A stretch of DNA of 24,789 bases from Utricularia gibba (taxonomy: Eukaryota > Plantae > Magnoliophyta), in the NCBI GenBank assembly GCA_002189035.1, contig NEEC01000052.1, forward strand, positions 1-24,789. The letters run 5' to 3'. The notes beneath the pieces are model-generated. The model was given only the letters and a program-made list of their open reading frames with translations. It had not been told where the DNA came from and did no database searches. The position numbers were made by a program, and so were the translations under genes. Position 1 is the stretch's first letter. The number at the start of each line of letters is the position of its first letter. Below, piece by piece: positions 9,849 through 21,400 of this stretch.

Positions 9849-12800
9849 TTGAGGAGGCGGTCTTGGGGGCACCTAGAACGGGACAAAGGTCAGGTTGGGT
9901 TAGGGCCGAAAGTTAGTTGTAGCCTGGCAACTAAAGCGATGCACTTATTAACGTTCGGTTTTCAGGGGCTTCCTACAAGGTTTTTCAAGGAACAACTTCT
10001 CGTTTTGTGTCGGCCACTCTCACTGGGCACTTGGTCCGGCGCTGCGTTCGGTCCGGCTCATGAGCCCAACCGGGTGCGAGTCGACGAAAATAATGATGCA
10101 TTTGTTTAAAGTAAGATGTCACGTGCACCCCACATGATTTTTTCAACAACTTACTTTATACTTGAGGAGGCGGTCTTGGGGGGCACCTAGAACGGGACAA
10201 AGGTCAGGTTGGGTTAGGGCCGAAAGTTAGTTGTAGCCTGGCAACTAAAGCGATGCACTTATTAACGTTCGGTTTTCAGGGGCTTCCTACAAGGTTTTTC
10301 AAGGAACAACTTCTCGTTTTGTGTCGGCCACTCTCACTGGGCACTTGGTCCGGCGCTGCGTTCGGTCCGGCTCATGAGCCCAACCGGGTGCGAGTCGACG
10401 AAAATAATGATGCATTTGTTTAAAGTAAGATGTCACGTGCACCCCACATGATTTTTTCAACAACTTACTTTATACTTGAGGAGGCGGTCTTGGGGGGCAC
10501 CTAGAACGGGACAAAGGTCAGGTTGGGTTAGGGCCGAAAGTTAGTTGTAGCCTGGCAACTAAAGCGATGCACTTATTAACGTTCGGTTTTCAGGGGCTTC
10601 CTACAAGGTTTTTCAAGGAACAACTTCTCGTTTTGTGTCGGCCACTCTCACTGGGCACTTGGTCCGGCGCTGCGTTCGGTCCGGCTCATGAGCCCAACCG
10701 GGTGCGAGTCGACGAAAATAATGATGCATTTGTTTAAAGTAAGATGTCACGTGCACCCCACATGATTTTTTCAACAACTTACTTTATACTTGAGGAGGCG
10801 GTCTTGGGGGCACCTAGAACGGGACAAAGGTCAGGTTGGGTTAGGGCCGAAAGTTAGTTGTAGCCTGGCAACTAAAGCGATGCACTTATTAACGTTCGGT
10901 TTTCAGGGGCTTCCTACAAGGTTTTTCAAGGAACAACTTCTCGTTTTGTGTCGGCCACTCTCACTGGGCACTTGGTCCGGCGCTGCGTTCGGTCCGGCTC
11001 ATGAGCCCAACCGGGTGCGAGTCGACGAAAATAATGATGCATTTGTTTAAAGTAAGATGTCACGTGCACCCCACATGATTTTTTCAACAACTTACTTTAT
11101 ACTTGAGGAGGCGGTCTTGGGGGCACCTAGAACGGGACAAAGGTCAGGTTGGGTTAGGGCCGAAAGTTAGTTGTAGCCTGGCAACTAAAGCGATGCACTT
11201 ATTAACGTTCGGTTTTCAGGGGCTTCCTACAAGGTTTTTCAAGGAACAACTTCTCGTTTTGTGTCGGCCACTCTCACTGGGCACTTGGTCCGGCGCTGCG
11301 TTCGGTCCGGCTCATGAGCCCAACCGGGTGCGAGTCGACGAAAATAATGATGCATTTGTTTAAAGTAAGATGTCACGTGCACCCCACATGATTTTTTCAA
11401 CAACTTACTTTATACTTGAGGAGGCGGTCTTGGGGGCACCTAGAACGGGACAAAGGTCAGGTTGGGTTAGGGCCGAAAGTTAGTTGTAGCCTGGCAACTA
11501 AAGCGATGCACTTATTAACGTTCGGTTTTCAGGGGCTTCCTACAAGGTTTTTCAAGGAACAACTTCTCGTTTTGTGTCGGCCACTCTCACTGGGCACTTG
11601 GTCCGGCGCTGCGTTCGGTCCGGCTCATGAGCCCAACCGGGTGCGAGTCGACGAAAATAATGATGCATTTGTTTAAAGTAAGATGTCACGTGCACCCCAC
11701 ATGATTTTTTCAACAACTTACTTTATACTTGAGGAGGCGGTCTTGGGGGCACCTAGAACGGGACAAAGGTCAGGTTGGGTTAGGGCCGAAAGTTAGTTGT
11801 AGCCTGGCAACTAAAGCGATGCACTTATTAACGTTCGGTTTTCAGGGGCTTCCTACAAGGTTTTTCAAGGAACAACTTCTCGTTTTGTGTCGGCCACTCT
11901 CACTGGGCACTTGGTCCGGCGCTGCGTTCGGTCCGGCTCATGAGCCCAACCGGGTGCGAGTCGACGAAAATAATGATGCATTTGTTTAAAGTAAGATGTC
12001 ACGTGCACCCCACATGATTTTTTCAACAACTTACTTTATACTTGAGGAGGCGGTCTTGGGGGCACCTAGAACGGGACAAAGGTCAGGTTGGGTTAGGGCC
12101 GAAAGTTAGTTGTAGCCTGGCAACTAAAGCGATGCACTTATTAACGTTCGGTTTTCAGGGGCTTCCTACAAGGTTTTTCAAGGAACAACTTCTCGTTTTG
12201 TGTCGGCCACTCTCACTGGGCACTTGGTCCGGCGCTGCGTTCGGTCCGGCTCATGAGCCCAACCGGGTGCGAGTCGACGAAAATAATGATGCATTTGTTT
12301 AAAGTAAGATGTCACGTGCACCCCACATGATTTTTTCAACAACTTACTTTATACTTGAGGAGGCGGTCTTGGGGGCACCTAGAACGGGACAAAGGTCAGG
12401 TTGGGTTAGGGCCGAAAGTTAGTTGTAGCCTGGCAACTAAAGCGATGCACTTATTAACGTTCGGTTTTCAGGGGCTTCCTACAAGGTTTTTCAAGGAACA
12501 ACTTCTCGTTTTGTGTCGGCCACTCTCACTGGGCACTTGGTCCGGCGCTGCGTTCGGTCCGGCTCATGAGCCCAACCGGGTGCGAGTCGACGAAAATAAT
12601 GATGCATTTGTTTAAAGTAAGATGTCACGTGCACCCCACATGATTTTTTCAACAACTTACTTTATACTTGAGGAGGCGGTCTTGGGGGCACCTAGAACGG
12701 GACAAAGGTCAGGTTGGGTTAGGGCCGAAAGTTAGTTGTAGCCTGGCAACTAAAGCGATGCACTTATTAACGTTCGGTTTTCAGGGGCTTCCTACAAGGT

Positions 12801-13607
12801 TTTTCAAGGAACAACTTCTCGTTTTGTGTCGGCCACTCTCACTGGGCACTTGGTCCGGCGCTGCGTTCGGTCCGGCTCATGAGCCCAACCGGGTGCGAGT
12901 CGACGAAAATAATGATGCATTTGTTTAAAGTAAGATGTCACGTGCACCCCACATGATTTTTTCAACAACTTACTTTATACTTGAGGAGGCGGTCTTGGGG
13001 GGCACCTAGAACGGGACAAAGGTCAGGTTGGGTTAGGGCCGAAAGTTAGTTGTAGCCTGGCAACTAAAGCGATGCACTTATTAACGTTCGGTTTTCAGGG
13101 GCTTCCTACAAGGTTTTTCAAGGAACAACTTCTCGTTTTGTGTCGGCCACTCTCACTGGGCACTTGGTCCGGCGCTGCGTTCGGTCCGGCTCATGAGCCC
13201 AACCGGGTGCGAGTCGACGAAAATAATGATGCATTTGTTTAAAGTAAGATGTCACGTGCACCCCACATGATTTTTTCAACAACTTACTTTATACTTGAGG
13301 AGGCGGTCTTGGGGGCACCTAGAACGGGACAAAGGTCAGGTTGGGTTAGGGCCGAAAGTTAGTTGTAGCCTGGCAACTAAAGCGATGCACTTATTAACGT
13401 TCGGTTTTCAGGGGCTTCCTACAAGGTTTTTCAAGGAACAACTTCTCGTTTTGTGTCGGCCACTCTCACTGGGCACTTGGTCCGGCGCTGCGTTCGGTCC
13501 GGCTCATGAGCCCAACCGGGTGCGAGTCGACGAAAATAATGATGCATTTGTTTAAAGTAAGATGTCACGTGCACCCCACATGATTTTTTCAACAACTTAC
13601 TTTATAC
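9849..13607 (+). repeat. Second homogeneous block of 12 consecutive monomers
   Basis: Starts at 9849, 10162, 10476, 10790, 11103, 11416, 11729, 12042, 12355, 12668, 12981 and 13295; only G5/G6 variation was seen. Confidence 0.9.
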
Positions 13608-16600
13608 TTGAGGAGGCGGTCTTGGGGGGCACCTCAAAGGTCAGGTTGGGTTAGGGCCGAAAGTTAGTTGTAGCCTGGCAACTAAAGCGATGCACTTATT
13701 AACGTTCGGTTTTCAGGGGCTTCCTACAAGGTTTTTCAAGGAACAACTTCTCGTTTTGTGTCGGCCACTCTCACTGGGCACTTGGTCCGGCGCTGCGTTC
13801 GGTCCGGCTCATGAGCCCAACCGGGTGCGAGTCGACGAAAATAATGATGCATTTGTTTAAAGTAAGATGTCACGTGCACCCCACATGATTTTTTCAACAA
13901 CTTACTTTATACTTGAGGAGGCGGTCTTGGGGGCACCTAGAACGGGACAAAGGTCAGGTTGGGTTAGGGCCGAAAGTTAGTTGTAGCCTGGCAACTAAAG
14001 CGATGCACTTATTAACGTTCGGTTTTCAGGGGCTTCCTACAAGGTTTTTCAAGGAACAACTTCTCGTTTTGTGTCGGCCACTCTCACTGGGCACTTGGTC
14101 CGGCGCTGCGATGAGCGGGTCGAGTCGACGAAAATAATGATGCATTTGTTTAAAGTAAGATGTCACGTGCACCCCACATGATTTTTTCAACAACTTACTT
14201 TATACTTGAGGAGGCGGTCTTGGGGGCACCTAGAACGGGACAAAGGTCAGGTTGGGTTAGGGAAAAGTAAACTGCGATGCACTTATGTTCGGTTTTCAGG
14301 GGCTTCCTACAAGGTTTTTCAAGGAACAACTTCTCGTTTTGTGTCGGCCACTCTCACTGGGCACTTGGTCCGGCGCTGCGTTCGGTCCGGCTCATGAGCC
14401 CAACCGGGTGCGAGTCGACGAAAATAATGATGCATTTGTTTAAAGTAAGATGTCACGTGCACCCCACATGATTTTTTCAACAACTTACTTTATACTTGAG
14501 GAGGCGGTCTTGGGGGGCACCTAGAACGGGACAAAGGTCAGGTTGGGTTAGGGCCGAAAGTTAGTTGTAGCCTGGCAACTAAAGCGATGCACTTATTAAC
14601 GTTCGGTTTTCAGGGGCTTCCTACAAGGTTTTTCAAGGAACAACTTCTCGTTTTGTGTCGGCCACTCTCACTGGGCACTTGGTCCGGCGCTGCGTTCGGT
14701 CCGGCTCATGAGCCCAACCGGGTGCGAGTCGACGAAAATAATGATGCATTTGTTTAAAGTAAGATGTCACGTGCACCCCACATGATTTTTTCAACAACTT
14801 ACTTTATACTTGAGGAGGCGGTCTTGGGGGCACCTAGAACGGGACAAAGGTCAGGTTGGGTTAGGGCCGAAAGTTAGTTGTAGCCTGGCAACTAAAGCGA
14901 TGCACTTATTAACGTTCGGTTTTCAGGGGCTTCCTACAAGGTTTTTCAAGGAACAACTTCTCGTTTTGTGTCGGCCACTCTCACTGGGCACTTGGTCCGG
15001 CGCTGCGTTCGGTCCGGCTCATGAGCCCAACCGGGTGCGAGTCGACGAAAATAATGATGCATTTGTTTAAAGTAAGATGTCACGTGCACCCCACATGATT
15101 TTTTCAACAACTTACTTTATACTTGAGGAGGCGGTCTTGGGGGCACCTAGAACGGGACAAAGGTCAGGTTGGGTTAGGGCCGAAAGTTAGTTGTAGCCTG
15201 GCAACTAAAGCGATGCACTTATTAACGTTCGGTTTTCAGGGGCTTCCTACAAGGTTTTTCAAGGAACAACTTCTCGTTTTGTGTCGGCCACTCTCACTGG
15301 GCACTTGGTCCGGCGCTGCGTTCGGTCCGGCTCATGAGCCCAACCGGGTGCGAGTCGACGAAAATAATGATGCATTTGTTTAAAGTAAGATGTCACGTGC
15401 ACCCCACATGATTTTTTCAACAACTTACTTTATACTTGAGGAGGCGGTCTTGGGGGGCACCTAGAACGGGACAAAGGTCAGGTTGGGTTAGGGCCGAAAG
15501 TTAGTTGTAGCCTGGCAACTAAAGCGATGCACTTATTAACGTTCGGTTTTCAGGGGCTTCCTACAAGGTTTTTCAAGGAACAACTTCTCGTTTTGTGTCG
15601 GCCACTCTCACTGGGCACTTGGTCCGGCGCTGCGTTCGGTCCGGCTCATGAGCCCAACCGGGTGCGAGTCGACGAAAATAATGATGCATTTGTTTAAAGT
15701 AAGATGTCACGTGCACCCCACATGATTTTTTCAACAACTTACTTTATACTTGAGGAGGCGGTCTTGGGGGCACCTAGAACGGGACAAAGGTCAGGTTGGG
15801 TTAGGGCCGAAAGTTAGTTGTAGCCTGGCAACTAAAGCGATGCACTTATTAACGTTCGGTTTTCAGGGGCTTCCTACAAGGTTTTTCAAGGAACAACTTC
15901 TCGTTTTGTGTCGGCCACTCTCACTGGGCACTTGGTCCGGCGCTGCGTTCGGTCCGGCTCATGAGCCCAACCGGGTGCGAGTCGACGAAAATAATGATGC
16001 ATTTGTTTAAAGTAAGATGTCACGTGCACCCCACATGATTTTTTCAACAACTTACTTTATACTTGAGGAGGCGGTCTTGGGGGCACCTAGAACGGGACAA
16101 AGGTCAGGTTGGGTTAGGGCCGAAAGTTAGTTGTAGCCTGGCAACTAAAGCGATGCACTTATTAACGTTCGGTTTTCAGGGGCTTCCTACAAGGTTTTTC
16201 AAGGAACAACTTCTCGTTTTGTGTCGGCCACTCTCACTGGGCACTTGGTCCGGCGCTGCGTTCGGTCCGGCTCATGAGCCCAACCGGGTGCGAGTCGACG
16301 AAAATAATGATGCATTTGTTTAAAGTAAGATGTCACGTGCACCCCACATGATTTTTTCAACAACTTACTTTATACTTGAGGAGGCGGTCTTGGGGGCACC
16401 TAGAACGGGACAAAGGTCAGGTTGGGTTAGGGCCGAAAGTTAGTTGTAGCCTGGCAACTAAAGCGATGCACTTATTAACGTTCGGTTTTCAGGGGCTTCC
16501 TACAAGGTTTTTCAAGGAACAACTTCTCGTTTTGTGTCGGCCACTCTCACTGGGCACTTGGTCCGGCGCTGCGTTCGGTCATGAGCCCAACCGGGTGCGA

Positions 16601-16682
16601 GTCGACGAAAATAATGATGCATTTGTTTAAAGTAAGATGTCACGTGCACCCCACATGATTTTTTCAACAACTTACTTTATAC

Positions 16683-18423
16683 TTGAGGAGGCGGTCTTGG
16701 GGGGCACCTAGAACGGGACAAAGGTCAGGTTGGGTTAGTTGTAGCCTCACTGGGACTTGGTCCTAAAGTTCGGTCCGGCTCATGAGCCCAACCGGGTGCG
16801 AGTCGACGTTGATAATGATGCATTTGTTTTAAAGTAAGATGGTCACAACTTCTCGTTTTGTGTCGGCCACTCTCACTGGGCACTTGGTCCGGCGCTGCGT
16901 TCGGTCCGGCTCATGAGCCCAACCGGGTGCGAGTCGACGAAAATAATGATGCATTTGTTTAAAGTAAGATGTCACGTGCACCCCACATGATTTTTTCAAC
17001 AACTTACTTTATACTTGAGGAGGCGGTCTTGGGGGCACCTAGAACGGGACAAAGGTCAGGTTGGGTTAGGGCCGAAAGTTAGTTGTAGCCTGGCAACTAA
17101 AGCGATGCACTTATTAACGTTCGGTTTTCAGGGGCTTCCTACAAGGTTTTTCAAGGAACAACTTCTCGTTTTGTGTCGGCCACTCTCACTGGGCACTTGG
17201 TCCGGCGCTGCGTTCGGTCCGGCTCATGAGCCCAACCGGGTGCGAGTCGACGAAAATAATGATGCATTTGTTTAAAGTAAGATGTCACGTGCACCCCACA
17301 TGATTTTTTCAACAACTTACTTTATACTTGAGGAGGCGGTCTTGGGGGGCACCTAGAACGGGACAAAGAGGTTGGGTTAGGGCAAAGGTCAGGTTGGGTT
17401 TTCAGGGGCTTCCTACAAGGTTTTTCAAGGAACAACTTCTCGTTTTGTGTCGGCCACTCTCACTGGGCACTTGGTAGCCTGGCAACTAAAGCGATGCACT
17501 TACTTTATACTTGAGGAGGCGGTCTCGGTTTTCAGGGGCTTAAAGCCTTACAAGGTTTTTCAAGGAACAACTTCTCGTTTTGTGTCGGCCACTCTCACTG
17601 GGCACTTGGTCCGGCGCTGCGTTCGGTCCGGCTCATGAGCCCAACCGGGTGCGAGTCGACGAAAATAATGATGCATTTGTTTAAAGTAAGATGTCACGTG
17701 CACCCCACATGATTTTTTCAACAACTTACTTTATACTTGAGGAGGCGGTCTTGGGGGCACCTAGAACGGGACAAAGGTCAGGTTGGGTTAGGGCCGAAAG
17801 TTAGTTGTAGCCTGGCAACTAAAGATGCACTTATTAACGTTCGGTTTTCAGGGGCTTCCTACAAGTAAGGAACAACTTCTCGTTTTGTGTCGGCCACTCT
17901 CACTGTGCACCCACAGTCGATGATTTTGTTCAACAACTTACTTTATACTTGAGGAGGCGGTCTTGGGGGGCACCTAGAACGGGACAAAGGTCAGGTTGGG
18001 TTAGGGCCGAAAGTTAGTTGTAGCCTGGCAACTAAAGGTGCACTTATTAACGTTCGGTTTTCAGGGCTTCCTACAAGAAAACAACTTCTCGTTACTCTCA
18101 CTGTTGGTCCGGCGCTGCGTTCGGTCCGGCTCATGAGCCTGCGAGTCGACGAAAATAATGATGCATTTGTTTAAAGCACGTGCACCCCACATGCAACAAC
18201 TTACTTTATACTTGTCTCGGTTTTCAGGGGCTTCCTACAAGGTTTTTCAAGGAACAACTTCTCGTTTTGTGTCGGCCACTCTCACTGGGCACTTGGTCCG
18301 GCGCTGCGTTCGGTCCGGCTCATGAGCCCAACCGGGTGCGAGTCGACGAAAATAATGATGCATTTGTTTAAAGTAAGATGTCACGTGCACCCCACATGAT
18401 TTTTTCAACAACTTACTTTATAC
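16683..18423 (+). repeat. Rearranged zone with mosaic monomers (forward and backward jumps within the unit)
   Basis: Monomer segments appear out of order at 16734-16850, 17368-17545, 17865-17930 and 18060-18230. Confidence 0.9.
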
Positions 18424-21400
18424 TTGAGGAGGCGGTCTTGGGGGGCACCTAGAACGGGACAAAGGTCAGGTTGGGTTAGGGCCGAAAGTTAGTTGTAGCC
18501 TGGCAACTAAAGCGATGCACTTATTAACGTTCGGTTTTCAGGGGCTTCCTACAAGGTTTTTCAAGGAACAACTTCTCGTTTTGTGTCGGCCACTCTCACT
18601 GGGCACTTGGTCCGGCGCTGCGTTCGGTCCGGCTCATGAGCCCAACCGGGTGCGAGTCGACGAAAATAATGATGCATTTGTTTAAAGTAAGATGTCACGT
18701 GCACCCCACATGATTTTTTCAACAACTTACTTTATACTTGAGGAGGCGGTCTTGGGGGGCACCTAGAACGGGACAAAGGTCAGGTTGGGTTAGGGCCGAA
18801 AGTTAGTTGTAGCCTGGCAACTAAAGCGATGCACTTATTAACGTTCGGTTTTCAGGGGCTTCCTACAAGGTTTTTCAAGGAACAACTTCTCGTTTTGTGT
18901 CGGCCACTCTCACTGGGCACTTGGTCCGGCGCTGCGTTCGGTCCGGCTCATGAGCCCAACCGGGTGCGAGTCGACGAAAATAATGATGCATTTGTTTAAG
19001 TAAGATGTCACGTGCACCCCACATGATTTTTTCAACAACTTACTTTATACTTGAGGAGGCGGTCTTGGGGGCACCTAGAACGGACAAAGGTCAGGTTGGG
19101 TTAGGGCCGAAAGTTAGTTGTAGCCTGGCAACTAAAGCGATGCACTTATTAACGTTCGGTTTTCAGGGGCTTCCTACAAGGTTTTTCAAGGAACAACTTC
19201 TCGTTTTGTGTCAAAGGTCCCGAAAGTTAGTTGTAGCTGGCAACTAAAGCGATGCACTTATTAACGTTCGGTTTTCAGGGGCTTCCTACAAGGTTTTTCA
19301 AGGAACAACTTCTCGTTTTGTGTCGGCCACTCTCACTGGGCACTTGGTTGCGTTCGGTCCGGCTCATGAGCCCAACCGGGTGCGAGTCGACGAAAATAAT
19401 GATGCATTTGTTTAAAGTAAGATGTCACGTGCACCCCACATGATTTTTTCAACAACTTACTTTATACTTGAGGAGGCGGTTGGGGGCACCTAGAACGGGA
19501 CAAAGGTCAGGTTGGGTTAGGGCCGAAAGTTAGTTGTAGCCTGGCAACTAAAGCGATGCACTTATTAACGTTCGGTTTCAGGGGCTTCCTACAAGGTTTT
19601 TCAAGGAACAACTTCTCGTTTTGTGTCGGCCACTCTCACTGGGCACTTGGTGCTGCGTTCGGTCCGGCTCATGAGCCCAACCGGGTGCGAGTCGACGAAA
19701 ATAATGATGCATTTGTTTAAAGTAAGATGTCACGTGCACCCCACATGATTTTTTCAACAACTTACTTTATACTTGAGGAGCGGTCTTGGGGGCACCTAGA
19801 ACGGACAAAGGTCAGGTTGGGTTAGGGCCGAAAGTTAGTTGTAGCCTGGCAACTAAAGCGATGCACTTATTAACGTTCGGTTTTCAGGGCTTCCTACAAG
19901 GTTTTTCAAGGAACAACTTCTCGTTTTGTGTCGGCCACTCTCACTGGGCACTTGGTCCGGCTGCGTTCGGTCCGGCTCATGAGCCCAACCGGGTGCGAGT
20001 CGACGAAAATAATGATGCATTTGTTTAAAGTAAGATGTCACGTGCACCCACATGATTTTTCAACAACTTACTTTATACTTGAGGAGGCGGTCTTGGGGGC
20101 ACCTAGAACGGGACAAAGGTCAGGTTGGGTTAGGGCCGAAAGTTAGTTGTAGCCTGGCAACTAAAGCGATGCACTTATTAACGTTCGGTTTTCAGGGGCT
20201 TCCTACAAGGTTTTTCAAGGAACAACTTCTCGTTTTGTGTCGGCCACTCTCACTGGGCACTTGGTCCGGCGCTGCGTTCGGTCCGGCTCATGAGCCCAAC
20301 CGGGTGCGAGTCGACGAAAATAATGATGCATTTGTTTAAAGTAAGATGTCACGTGCACCCCACATGATTTTTTCAACAACTTACTTTATACTTGAGGAGC
20401 GGTCTTGGGGGCACCTAGAACGGGACAAAGGTCAGGTTGGGTTAGGGCCGAAAGTTAGTTGTAGCCTGGCAACTAAAGCGATGCACTTATTAACGTTCGG
20501 TTTTCAGGGGCTTCCTACAAGGTTTTTCAAGGAACAACTTCTCGTTTTGTGTCGGCCACTCTCACTGGGCACTTGGTCCGGCGCTGCGTTCGGTCCGGCT
20601 CATGAGCCCAACGGTGCGAGTCGACGAAAATAATGATGCATTTGTTTAAAGTAAGATGTCACGTGCACCCCACATGATTTTTTCAACAACTTACTTTATA
20701 CTTGAGGAGGCGGTCTTGGGGGGCACCTAGAACGGGACAAAGGTCAGGTTGGGTTAGGGCCGAAAGTTAGTTGTAGCCTGGCAACTAAAGCGATGCACTT
20801 ATTAACGTTCGGTTTTCAGGGGCTTCCTACAAGGTTTTTCAAGGAAAACTTCTCGTTTTGTGTCGGCCACTCTCACTGGGCACTTGGTCCGGCGCTGCGT
20901 TCGGTCCGGCTCATGAGCCCAACCGGGTGCGAGTCGACGAAAATAATGATGCATTTGTTTAAAGTAAGATGTCACGTGCACCCCACATGATTTTTTCAAC
21001 AACTTACTTTATACTTGAGGAGGCGGTCTTGGGGGGCACCTAGAACGGGACAAAGGTCAGGTTGGGTTAGGGCCGAAAGTTAGTTGTAGCCTGGCAACTA
21101 AAGCGATGCACTTATTAACGTTCGGTTTTCAGGGGCTTCCTACAAGGTTTTTCAAGGAACAACTTCTCGTTTTGTGTCGGCCACTCTCACTGGGCACTTG
21201 GTCCGGCGCTGCGTTCGGTCCGGCTCATGAGCCCAACCGGGTGCGAGTCGACGAAAATAATGATGCATTTGTTTAAAGTAAGATGTCACGTGCACCCCAC
21301 ATGATTTTTTCAACAACTTACTTTATACTTGAGGAGGCGGTCTTTGGGGGCACCTAGAACGGGACAAAGGTCAGGTTGGGTTAGGGCCGAAAGTTAGTTG

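Noticed and set aside
2337-13607. Higher-order repeat defined by the G5/G6 pattern
   Set aside because: The 5/6 series shows no periodicity that I can detect, and there are no other diagnostic variants to define one.
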